Shown: one piece after another, positions 1 to 8,959 of the stretch
Position numbering within the stretch: position 1 is the stretch's first letter
Layout of the letters: each line of letters starts with the position of its first letter
Assembly: GCA_011174845.1 (NCBI GenBank)
Contig: DUEW01000002.1
Coordinates: 1 to 51,983, forward strand
From: Anaerolineae bacterium
Lineage (GTDB): Bacteria; Chloroflexota; Anaerolineae; Anaerolineales; E44-bin32
Reading direction: 5' to 3'
DNA: 51,983 bases
Program-made: the position numbers and the translations under genes
The notes under the pieces: generated by a model
The model's input: only the letters and a program-made list of their open reading frames with translations
Databases searched by the model: none
Told to the model about the DNA's origin: nothing

Positions 1-600
1 ACGATGGGATGGACAGGCGTGGTTGGGATCATGGTGCTAGAAAGTGCCAACATCCCAATCCCTAGTGAAGTGACCATGCCGCTCTCAGGATGGTTGTTAA
101 TACAAGCGCAGGGTGGCACGGCCATTCAAGCAGCTTTATGGGGAGGGCTATGGGGTGCGATCGGTTGCACTCTAGGTTCGCTCCTTTCGTATGCATTGGG
201 TGCTTTGGGGGGTAGGCCCTTACTTGATCGCTACGGCAAATATCTCATGATCAGTCGCCATGATCTGGAAGTGGCGGACCGATGGTTTGCTCGCTGGGGA
301 GATTGGACGGCTTTTATATCCCGTTTACTTCCGATCGTGCGCACTTTCATATCTTTTCCAGCTGGAGTAGCACGCACAAGGCTGATACCTTTTACGGCAT
401 ATAGCTTCATTGGCTCTTTTTTATGGTGTGGTGCTCTTGCTTATGGTGGCTACGCCTTTGGGGCACGCTGGGAAGAGTTACGCGCGATCATGAGGCCTTT
501 TGATATCCCGATCGCCATCGTTCTAATTGCTGGCTTCGCTTACTACATTTATCATCACATACGCCGTGGAACTCGCACGTCAAATGAGGAGAAATCCTAG
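1..600 (+). CDS. DedA/SNARE-associated family membrane protein (probably 5'-truncated by the window edge)
   Basis: LESANIPIPSE, F..WG, SRLLPIVRTFISFPAG motifs typical of DedA; frame is open from base 1. Confidence 0.9.
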   Translation, partial: TMGWTGVVGIMVLESANIPIPSEVTMPLSGWLLIQAQGGTAIQAALWGGLWGAIGCTLGSLLSYALGALGGRPLLDRYGKYLMISRHDLEVADRWFARWGDWTAFISRLLPIVRTFISFPAGVARTRLIPFTAYSFIGSFLWCGALAYGGYAFGARWEELRAIMRPFDIPIAIVLIAGFAYYIYHHIRRGTRTSNEEKS

Positions 601-1853
601 TTTACAACCTCCCCTCGATCCGTATGCTCGCCCAGAGTCTCAAGAGGTTTATCGAGTTCTATATGTTCGTGATCCCTCGCTAATTTCCGTGGTATTCGTA
701 CCAGTCCTGCTAACGCTATGCCACTAAGTATCGTGAGTAGGACCACTCCGCTAAAGTTGATCATGTCCAACATCGAGGGAGTAAGATTGACCGATAGGTT
801 TTCACTGGCAATCGCACCGAAGCTGATAACCAAAGCCACCCCGTTCCAAAAGGCATGCATAAAGACAGCACCAAGATACGCGCGTCCGAATGCTCCCCAT
901 TTACGCTTGATTACGGCTTGATTGAGTCCCCAACTTGCTAGACCAGCGGTGAAGCTGTGCATCATGGTGGCGCCAACGCGAGCGATCATTGTCGTGGTCC
1001 ATGCCGGACCGGGCTGAGTCAGGAAGAGAGCTTCAAACAATCCGTAGGCTGCTCCCCCGATCGCGCCACCGATGAAGGCTGAAGCAGGCGATAAGCGTCG
1101 TCGCAGAAGCGGCCAAATGACCATTGTCTTTGCAGCCTCTTCAATCAATGGGACCAGGATCATGACATAGCCTAAGATGATCAAGATGACGCTCGGTTGC
1201 CCAAGGATCTGCAAGGCACTCTCATATGCTTGAGGATCAAGCCATCGGTCCGGATTTGTCATGATATTGACGAATCTTCGACCAACCTCCGTGCTCATTA
1301 AGGACAAAACAATGGCCATTACCGTTGGGATTAAGAAGACAATCTCGAATAAAAATGAGGTGAAGGGGATTGCCCAGACCCCGATAAGGAATTGCCCCCA
1401 AACGCGTCGAGGTGAGTGGAGCGGGCCGTAACGGCGTACGATGATTACAACGATGAGGGCCGGCACCAAGGCAGTCAGGATGTGTGCAGGAGGTCCGAGG
1501 ATGTTGGGGTAGAAACCTAGTTCAAACGCGAAATGCCCCAATGTGAATGTAAGAGGAAGTAAAACGAGGCTTATCAGCCACAAAGATGAAGCAGGACGAG
1601 GTGGAAGAGGTGAATGACCAAGCAGTGCACGTAAGCTCAATACGCTGGTTGGTAGAGCGCATATCCCAACAAATGCGATCGAAGCGGCAGTCGTAATGCT
1701 GTAATCCGGACCATTGCTCATCCCTACCGAATCGGAGAACAGATTAGCGAAGACGATGATCCCAGAGAGAATGATGGCCAGCAAAAAGCCGCCCAGAGAT
1801 GCGATGAAAAGTATCAAGTTCAAGGGATCGCGTGCAGCGACTTTCTCGCTCAT
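597..1853 (-). CDS. PrsW-family intramembrane glutamic/metalloprotease
   Basis: Multi-TM protein with IEEAAK, FE, HSFT and HAFWN motifs; start overlaps the upstream gene's stop (ATGA at 1850-1853). Confidence 0.8.
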   Translation of the reverse strand: MSEKVAARDPLNLILFIASLGGFLLAIILSGIIVFANLFSDSVGMSNGPDYSITTAASIAFVGICALPTSVLSLRALLGHSPLPPRPASSLWLISLVLLPLTFTLGHFAFELGFYPNILGPPAHILTALVPALIVVIIVRRYGPLHSPRRVWGQFLIGVWAIPFTSFLFEIVFLIPTVMAIVLSLMSTEVGRRFVNIMTNPDRWLDPQAYESALQILGQPSVILIILGYVMILVPLIEEAAKTMVIWPLLRRRLSPASAFIGGAIGGAAYGLFEALFLTQPGPAWTTTMIARVGATMMHSFTAGLASWGLNQAVIKRKWGAFGRAYLGAVFMHAFWNGVALVISFGAIASENLSVNLTPSMLDMINFSGVVLLTILSGIALAGLVRIPRKLARDHEHIELDKPLETLGEHTDRGEVVN

Positions 1854-3097
1854 CGAGCCTCGATCGTCACGGATAGGATCACTACTTCAGGAGGGATCAG
1901 CAAGTCTTCTAAGGGTTGTCGTGCCCGTAGACTCTTTAAGAGATCGAGGCCCTCAATCACGCGTCCGAAGATCGTTCGGCTGTTGTTCAGTTCGGGGAGT
2001 GGTGCCAGCGTGATGAAGAATTGACTCCCGTTGGTATCAGGGCCAGAGCTGCTTAGTGCGACCATTCCTGGTTCGTCGAAGGACAGGGCTTCTGTGATTT
2101 CATCAGCGAAATGATAACCCGGCTCGCCGAAACCAGTACCGGTTGGATCCCCGCTCTCAACAAAGCCCTCCGGCACAACGCGATGAAAGAGATTGCCATC
2201 AAACCAACCTTCTTTCGCCAAGAAGATAAAGCTGTTTACTGCTAATGGGGCTTGATCTGGATAGAGTTGTAGGATGATCTCGCCGATATCTAATTCAATG
2301 CGAGCGAAATACTTTGTCTTCTCTTCGAAGGTCATTGGGGGGTAGCTGTCAAATTGCTTGCTTGTTAACAATTCAAGTCGAACGTAGGCTTCCAGATTGG
2401 TCAAGCTTGGTTTAACCTGATATAAAAAATCGTTTATGAATAATAATGGAGTTCCCGGGATCCCTGAAGCGATCCCCTTGTTGAAAGCTTCTTCCATATC
2501 TAGTGCATAACGTCCGCTCTCAATATCGTCTTGGAATCTTTGAACATCCATTTCAAGTTCTTCTGCAGCAGTGATCAGCCATTCCTTGAATTGCTCTGGG
2601 GAGAGTCCGGTCCATTCATTGTATTGTTCGAATAACAAGTCATGCATCGCCCAGAAAGATCCTTGATCACCAGCTGCTTCCGCCGCCTGACCGGCAAGGG
2701 ATGCTTTGTCATGTATCGATATCAAGGGAAAATGGCGAAAAACCGTACGAATGTCCTCAGGATGCCATTTTTCTAACTGCGCCAACACGGGCGCAAGCTG
2801 AGCACAATAAGGTCATTGGAAATCCGCGTATACTAAGAACGTCAAAAAAGCATCATTTAGGCCGCGGCTCCAGTCATCCTCTGAGACGGGAGGGATTGGG
2901 ACCAAAGTAGGTGATGGAATGGGAGGGACTGCAGTCGGAGGAATTGGGGACGGCGTTGATGTTGGGCCAAGCCGGATTGGTGTGCGAGTCGGAGTAGGAG
3001 GGCTTGTAGGTTGTGTTGTCCCAGCAGGTGCACACGCGGGAATGAAGAATGTTAAGCACAGAAGGCTCATCAGTAAAGAGAAATGGGACCTGATCAT
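1850..3097 (-). CDS. Selenoprotein: lipoprotein, Pro/Thr linker, DsbA-like thioredoxin fold (UPYC) and cyclophilin-type PPIase domain, ~415 aa; Sec at TGA 2815-2813
   Basis: ORFs 2813..3172 and 1850..2788 are in the same frame; junction reads LVYADFQ-TGA-PYCAQLAPVLAQLEKWH; VFRHFPL, GIPGTP cis-Pro loop, FHRV..GDPTGTG, NGSQFFIT; lipobox-like IPAC; exact start uncertain. Confidence 0.88.
2775..2799 (-). promoter_or_regulatory. Candidate bacterial SECIS element
   Basis: mRNA AGC-U-UGCGCC-CGUGUU-GGCGCA-GUU: 6-bp upper stem, bulged U, G-containing loop starting about 24 nt after the UGA. Confidence 0.7.
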
Positions 3098-3552
3098 CTT
3101 TGCTGGGAATGATCTCCGATTATTTTCCCTCGCTTGAGCGAGGATTTGTACGTTACATGGTTGAGCATTCATGATGTCTTGACCTCGGGACCATCTGTAC
3201 CTTGCTGCTGGTTGGTGACATCACAAAAGATCGATAAGACAAAACGCTCTCCTTGCATCATTTCATTCGTCACTTCCTGTAGTTCATCCTTGAATAAGAG
3301 GCGCCCATCAAATGGTTACGTCTTTCGAGAATCCCGATGCAATGGCCCGACCAATCCTTCGACCGTTACTCAAGATCATGGCAAGCTTGTCCTGAAAACT
3401 TGTCATCTATGCCTTCCCGCGTGGGTAACATTGTAGCAGGAAATCGATCGGAAAAGTCTACAGAGCTCATCACAGGATTATTGGCGCTGACGCATTCGAT
3501 GTAAGCTCATGAGGCGTGGTTAAACAGGGGAATGTTTCGCTTTATTCTTCAC

Positions 3553-3581
3553 TTGATTCCCGATGTTCGATACGGTATCCT
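3553..3581 (+). promoter_or_regulatory. Putative sigma70 promoter of tRNA-Sec
   Basis: TTGATT-17 nt-TATCCT, 12 nt upstream of the tRNA. Confidence 0.45.
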
Positions 3582-3593
3582 TGAGTTCCGTGA

Positions 3594-3687
3594 GGGAGTG
3601 GTTGGGTCCCGGTGGGCTCCCCGGTCTTCAAAACCGGTGGCGGGCTGCACAGCGGGCCGCGGTGGGTTCGACTCCCATCCACTCCCG
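3594..3687 (+). tRNA. selC: tRNA-Sec (anticodon UCA)
   Basis: 8-bp acceptor stem GGGAGTGG/CCACTCCC, anticodon arm CCGGT-CTTCAAA-ACCGG (TCA at 3628-3630), long variable arm, GGTTCGACTCC T arm, G discriminator, CCA not fully encoded. Confidence 0.95.
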
Positions 3688-3725
3688 CCTTGTTATTCAT
3701 AAGGATGATGATGGAGTCACACCAA

Positions 3726-4928
3726 ATGAGCGCTTCGTCTGAGTTGGTAGATCGTTTGCTCCCAGTGGTACGGCAAGTAATGTCAATCCGTGAGATGACC
3801 TCGGGTGGTGCAGAACATCGCTTCGCTGCACGATTTCGTGGCAGGTTGTATTTTGATGCAGACGAAGTGTACGATCGTCTTCTTCCTGTCTTCGCCCGTG
3901 AAGATACCACTTTGGTGTTACGTTCTGAGGATGAAGAACATATCATTTTAGCGATCCCTGGCCTCATCCGCCCAGGACCGTCTAATCCGTGGATCAACTT
4001 AGGGTTGTTCTTGTTGACATTGTTCAGCATGCTTCTGGCTGGTGCCATGTATAGCTATCAGGGACCAGAACCCGATACGATGGCGGGATATTTTATCTAC
4101 CTTCTACGTGATATTCCCCGGGGTGTGCCATTCGCGGTCAGTATGCTCGCTATCCTGCTTGCTCATGAATTTGGTCACTATCTCGCAGCCAGATATCACA
4201 AAACAGCTGTAACTCTGCCGTATTTCATCCCCCTTCCATTCAGTCCGCTCGGGACGCTTGGAGCCGCGATCCGATTGAAGGAACCGCCGAGGAATAAACG
4301 AGTATTGTTGGACATAGGTATCGCGGGTCCTTTGGCTGGTTTGATGGTCGCAATCCCGATTCTGATCCTTGGCCTCTCACTTTCAGACCTTGGCACGTTG
4401 CCGTCAACCCCTGATGCGTGGAGAAATCAGGTGTTGGAAGGGAATTCCGTGCTCTACTTGGCACTCAAGTACTTGGTTAAAGGCCAACTTCTGCCGGCTC
4501 CATTGGACTATGGTGGAGTTGCTCCCCTCCTGTATTGGGTGCGATATTTCTTCATTGGTCTCCCGCTACCTTACGGTGGTCTCGATGTGTTCATGCATCC
4601 CCTTGCATGGTCAGGTTGGGCGGGTTTGCTGGTGACCGCATTGAACCTCATCCCTGCCGGCCAATTGGATGGAGGACATATCAGCTATGTCCTGTTTGGT
4701 CATAAGGCTACAAAACTGGTGCCTTACATCATCGTCGCCTTGGTCCTATTGGGAATCTTTTGGTGGGGTTGGCTTCTCTGGGCAGGTTTGATTTTCTTCC
4801 TTGGTCGTGTATACGCTCAACCTCTAGACGATATCACTCCCCTCGATAAACGTCGGAGAACCTTAGCGATCCTTGGGTTGATCGTTTTTGTCCTGGTTTT
4901 CACACCCGTTCCGCTGACTGGGTTCTAA
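3726..4928 (+). CDS. Site-2 protease (M50 family) membrane zinc metalloprotease
   Basis: HEFGH, IAGPLAG, NLIPAGQLDGGH motifs; start moved to ATG 3726 (GGAG RBS) because the longer ORF overlaps the tRNA-Sec. Confidence 0.9.
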   Translation: MSASSELVDRLLPVVRQVMSIREMTSGGAEHRFAARFRGRLYFDADEVYDRLLPVFAREDTTLVLRSEDEEHIILAIPGLIRPGPSNPWINLGLFLLTLFSMLLAGAMYSYQGPEPDTMAGYFIYLLRDIPRGVPFAVSMLAILLAHEFGHYLAARYHKTAVTLPYFIPLPFSPLGTLGAAIRLKEPPRNKRVLLDIGIAGPLAGLMVAIPILILGLSLSDLGTLPSTPDAWRNQVLEGNSVLYLALKYLVKGQLLPAPLDYGGVAPLLYWVRYFFIGLPLPYGGLDVFMHPLAWSGWAGLLVTALNLIPAGQLDGGHISYVLFGHKATKLVPYIIVALVLLGIFWWGWLLWAGLIFFLGRVYAQPLDDITPLDKRRRTLAILGLIVFVLVFTPVPLTGF

Positions 4929-5084
4929 GCTTGAACATTTCCATGGCAAGTGAGATAACTATTCAAATCCCCAGAAAAAGTTCATTAACATGGCAATAAA
5001 GTCATTATCCATGACTCATGAAAACAAAAATCAATTGAGCCCAGCTTCGAATCTGTTTATTTAAAGAGCAGTGTGGCACTGTTC

Positions 5085-5114
5085 TTGATTATTATCATCC
5101 TGTCATGATATGAT
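5085..5114 (+). promoter_or_regulatory. Putative promoter of the first catabolic operon
   Basis: TTGATT-18 nt-TATGAT with TG extension in an AT-rich intergenic region; AAGGAG RBS downstream. Confidence 0.35.
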
Positions 5115-5184
5115 TATATGTAAGATATTATTTACAACATAATTTACAATTCACATTCATCAATTCCTAGATAAGGAGAGATTC

Positions 5185-6234
5185 ATGACCCTACCAACAC
5201 GAATCTGCTTGGTCGGGGCAGGACGGGTGGCAAAAGTTCATGCAAACTCCCTCGTAAACCATGTGCCTACGGGGGAGTTGGTTGCTTTAGTGGATAATGT
5301 CCCTCAGGTATTGAAAGAGGCTGGTGATCGCTTCGGCATTGAAGCCCGTTTCGTAAGTTTAGAAGAGGCATTGAGCAAATCTGATTTCGATGCCGTCGTC
5401 ATCACGACGCCAACATTCACTCACGCCCACTTCGCAATAACAGCAGCGAAGGCAGGTAAGCATATCTTTCTGGAAAAGCCCATGGCTTTGAACATGGAAG
5501 AATGTGATGCAATTCTTCAGGCAGTTCATGAGAATGGGATCTTATTACAAATGGGCTTCATGCGACGCTTCGACCCGGAGTTTGTCACGGCAGCTAGCCG
5601 GATTGAGGCTGGTGAAATCGGGAAGCCTATGCTTATTAAATCTCTCACCCACGGTCCAGGTTTACCGCCTCCGTGGGCACGTGATTTGAGTAGATCGAAC
5701 GGGAATCTTGCCGAGGTCAACAGTCATGATTGGGATACATGCCGTTGGTTAATGGGGTCTGATTTCGAACGAGTATATGTTGAAGTAGCGAATTTCAAGG
5801 GTCGAGCTCGTGGCGTGGAAACCGAAGGTTTTTACGACACTTCCTTAGTCAACATTCGATTTGAAAGTGGTGGTCTTGGTAGTATTTCATGTGTCTGCCC
5901 ATGTGATTATGGTTACGATGCTCGGGTTGAGATCATCGGCGAGAAGGGCATCATGCAAATCGGAGAGCTGAAAGGTCAGGCCGTTGTGATCTGTGTAGAT
6001 CGTGATGAGGGGCTTGTTACGCCGATATTCCGAACTTGGCCGGAGCGATTTGCGGAGGCTTACATCCGTGAGATACGTCACTTCGTCGAGTGTATCCGTT
6101 CGGGAAAAGCCCCGAAAGTTGGTGGTATAGACGGACGGTGGGCGGTTGCAGGTGTTTTGGCTGGAACCAAATCATTTCAAGAAGAGCGGCCAGTTTATCT
6201 GAATGAAGTTCTTGAGGTTGGGATGAAACCTTAA
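5185..6234 (+). CDS. Gfo/Idh/MocA family oxidoreductase (inositol 2-dehydrogenase-like)
   Basis: GAGRVA Rossmann motif, LEKP, GFMRRFDP, GYDAR. Confidence 0.9.
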   Translation: MTLPTRICLVGAGRVAKVHANSLVNHVPTGELVALVDNVPQVLKEAGDRFGIEARFVSLEEALSKSDFDAVVITTPTFTHAHFAITAAKAGKHIFLEKPMALNMEECDAILQAVHENGILLQMGFMRRFDPEFVTAASRIEAGEIGKPMLIKSLTHGPGLPPPWARDLSRSNGNLAEVNSHDWDTCRWLMGSDFERVYVEVANFKGRARGVETEGFYDTSLVNIRFESGGLGSISCVCPCDYGYDARVEIIGEKGIMQIGELKGQAVVICVDRDEGLVTPIFRTWPERFAEAYIREIRHFVECIRSGKAPKVGGIDGRWAVAGVLAGTKSFQEERPVYLNEVLEVGMKP

Positions 6235-7307
6235 TGAACGAAAACACCATGCTTGCTGTGGTTTATTACGGACCGAATGATTTGAGGATCGAACAGCGTC
6301 CTATACCTGAAATTGGACCTGGGGAAGCCTTACTTGCTGTAGAAAGTGCCAGTATTTGCGGAACTGATTTAAGGATTCTCCATGGTGGTCATCGGAAGTA
6401 CCCAGTTGGTACAGTACGCATTCCTGGTCACGAGGTTGTGGGGAGAATTGTAAAGGTTGGAGAAGGGATTCATGTTGTCAAGGTCGGCGACCGCGTCTTT
6501 ATAGCCCCGAACATGGGATGTGGACACTGTAAGCAATGTGTTTCTGGGAATACCAATCTCTGTCCAAATTACACGGCAATCGGGGTGACAATTGATGGCG
6601 CTTTTGCCGAGTATATGCGTATCCCTCGCGAGGCGATTCAGCAAGGCAATTTAATCCCCATTAATGAAAAGGTTGATTCGGCGGTTGCGGCCTTGATCGA
6701 ACCTTTTGCATGTGTTCTCCGGGGGCAGGATGCCCTCCACATTCAGCCGGGTGAAGTTGTGCTGATTATTGGTGCAGGACCGATCGGCATCATGCATATG
6801 CTGCTCGCACGCTTTCATGGTGCCGGAAGAGTGATCGTCAGTGAGATGATTGACGATAGGCTGAAGGTAGCAGAGAAGCTCGGTGCGGATCGCGTCGTTA
6901 ATCCAGAGGGCGAGGATTTGAAGGCTGTGATGATAGAAGAGAGTGGGAAAGAAGGAGCAGATGTGATCATCGTTGCCGCGCCATCACATAAGGCTCAAGA
7001 GGCTTCACTCGAGTTGGCAGCCATCGGGGGTCGGATCAATTTCTTCGGTGGTCTGCCAAAAGACAAACCTTCCATTACGCTGGATTCAAACTTGGTTCAT
7101 TATAAGGAGTTGGTGATCACCGGAACCACGGGTAGTTCTAACAGCGATTGTCGTCGAGCTGCTGAGATCATTACTTCAGGAAAGATTGATCTGTCACCTC
7201 TCATTGACGCCCGATTCCCATTAAATCAAGCCCATGAGGCATTTGTGTCTGCTGAGGATCGAAAATCGCTGAAGGTCGTCCTGCAGCCTGCGAAAGGTGA
7301 ATTTTAG
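6234..7307 (+). CDS. Zn-dependent polyol/sugar dehydrogenase (MDR family)
   Basis: ICGTD, GHE, CGHC..C..G...LC, GAGPIG. Confidence 0.9.
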   Translation: MNENTMLAVVYYGPNDLRIEQRPIPEIGPGEALLAVESASICGTDLRILHGGHRKYPVGTVRIPGHEVVGRIVKVGEGIHVVKVGDRVFIAPNMGCGHCKQCVSGNTNLCPNYTAIGVTIDGAFAEYMRIPREAIQQGNLIPINEKVDSAVAALIEPFACVLRGQDALHIQPGEVVLIIGAGPIGIMHMLLARFHGAGRVIVSEMIDDRLKVAEKLGADRVVNPEGEDLKAVMIEESGKEGADVIIVAAPSHKAQEASLELAAIGGRINFFGGLPKDKPSITLDSNLVHYKELVITGTTGSSNSDCRRAAEIITSGKIDLSPLIDARFPLNQAHEAFVSAEDRKSLKVVLQPAKGEF

Positions 7308-7400
7308 AGACAATATGACATGAATTTTATGGAATGGATAAATAGGCATCCTCACCACGCTTCATATAAAGCTATTCTAGTTTGATAAGGAAAGCTAAGA

Positions 7401-7988
7401 ATGCCACAACAGCCATCATCTTTTATATTATCAATGACGGACGGACTTCCTGATCGGTTCGATCATCACACCACTCGGTACCTTTCCGCGATGAGAGGAC
7501 AATTCATCGATCAGAAAGCGTATCAAGAGAGGCTCACGAAGGAAGATCCTCTGTTATATGATGTATTTGAGATCAAACTTTCTGAGATGCCTGGTGAGCT
7601 CCAACATGGTGTCTCAGTTATTCATCCCGGGAAGGTGGGGGATGAGTATTTCATGACCAAAGGCCATTTTCATTTGGTGCTCGACACAGCGGAAGTTTAT
7701 TACTGCCTACGTGGGGATGGTGTAATGGTGATGGAAACGCCTGAAGGCGATTGGTCGGTAGAAGAGATGCATCCAGGGACAGTGGTGTATGTTCCCCCTC
7801 GATGGGCTCATAGATCCGTCAATGTTAATCTCGAAAGCGATTTGGTGTTGTTCTTTGTCTACCCTAGTAACGCTGGACACGACTATGGATCGATAGAGCA
7901 ACAAGGTTTTCGAAAGCTCATTCTGGATCGAGATGGTCGCTATGAAATCGTCGATAACCCGAATTGGCTTCCTCCCGATTTGCGATGA
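7401..7988 (+). CDS. Cupin-type glucose-6-phosphate isomerase family protein
   Basis: MTKGHFH, EVYY, YVPPRWAHRSVN, AGHDYG motifs as in archaeal cupin PGIs. Confidence 0.85.
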   Translation: MPQQPSSFILSMTDGLPDRFDHHTTRYLSAMRGQFIDQKAYQERLTKEDPLLYDVFEIKLSEMPGELQHGVSVIHPGKVGDEYFMTKGHFHLVLDTAEVYYCLRGDGVMVMETPEGDWSVEEMHPGTVVYVPPRWAHRSVNVNLESDLVLFFVYPSNAGHDYGSIEQQGFRKLILDRDGRYEIVDNPNWLPPDLR

Positions 7989-8127
7989 GGGAAGATATAG
8001 AGCAGGTAACAAAGGAATGTTCACTTTCTGTTACAGGGACAACATCGTTTTAGACAAAGCTAACACGGGTTGCCGTTCCTCAGTGTTACCATCCAAATTT
8101 AGAATAAAAAAATGAAAGGACATCCTG

Positions 8128-8775
8128 ATGAACAAAGAAGATACCTTGACTAGAATTCGAGAGATAGGCTTGTTGTCGGTGATCCGCGGTCCTTCTCCCG
8201 AACTTACCTTGAAGATGGTCGATGCGCTTGTCGCTGGAGGCGTTTACGGGATTGAGATAACTTACACCACCCCAAACGCACCCGAAGTTGTTAAGGCACT
8301 CGATGAGAAATTCGGCAATCAAATCCTACTTGGTATGGGCACATTGACCAAACCGGAGCATGCGGTGACGGCAAAGGAAGCTGGCGCACTCTTTATCGTC
8401 AGTCCGCATTGTAGCGAAGAACTGGCAAAAGCCATGGTTGAAACGGGATTGGCGGTCATGATAGGTGCTCTCACACCATCGGAGGTGGTCCAAGCTCGAG
8501 AATGGGGGGCTGATGTCGTGAAGGTCTTCCCGGGATCACTTGTCGGTCCGGGATACTTAAAGGCGTTGCGTGGACCGTTTCCTGATATTCCCGTCATGCC
8601 TACAGGTGGGGTGAGTATCGAGAATGTGGCTGATTGGTTTGCCGCGGGTGCGTATGCAGTGGGAGCGGGCAGTGACCTTTGTCCAAGTGCTTGGGCGAAG
8701 GAAGGTCGCTTTGATGAGATTACCGAGCGAGCTAAAACTTTTGTGAAGGAAGTAGAGAAAGCTCGATCTGGGTAG
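8128..8775 (+). CDS. eda: KDPG/KHG aldolase family protein
   Basis: IEIT, GALTPSE, VKVFPG, MPTGGV. Confidence 0.85.
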   Translation: MNKEDTLTRIREIGLLSVIRGPSPELTLKMVDALVAGGVYGIEITYTTPNAPEVVKALDEKFGNQILLGMGTLTKPEHAVTAKEAGALFIVSPHCSEELAKAMVETGLAVMIGALTPSEVVQAREWGADVVKVFPGSLVGPGYLKALRGPFPDIPVMPTGGVSIENVADWFAAGAYAVGAGSDLCPSAWAKEGRFDEITERAKTFVKEVEKARSG

Positions 8776-8959
8776 AACGGAATGCGTGGTAGTAGGGTCA
8801 GGGTGCTTGAGATCCCTAAAACTTTATCACCTGGCAGGTGATGTTCTGCATTCAACCAGACTCGCAGACAGGATTGTGCCAATAAGGTAAAAGCGAGATG
8901 GGAATAAAGTCCAAAGGAAGGCATTAGATTCATACCGTTTTGGAATTATAGGAGGGCAG

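Noticed and set aside
2789-2815. Nonsense mutation or pseudogene explanation for the split DsbA-PPIase gene
   Set aside because: The TGA falls exactly on the catalytic Cys position, is followed by a SECIS-like hairpin, both halves are intact and a tRNA-Sec gene is adjacent; recoding is more parsimonious
3134-3436. 100-aa ORF between the selenoprotein gene and selC
   Set aside because: No recognisable motif or RBS; lies in the expected divergent promoter region
3612-3725. N-terminal extension of the M50 protease ORF
   Set aside because: Overlaps the tRNA-Sec gene; ATG 3726 has a proper RBS
8319-8933. Long antisense ORFs (e.g. 8319..8933 and 37748..38530)
   Set aside because: Shadow frames opposite well-supported genes (eda, yebC) with no motifs of their own
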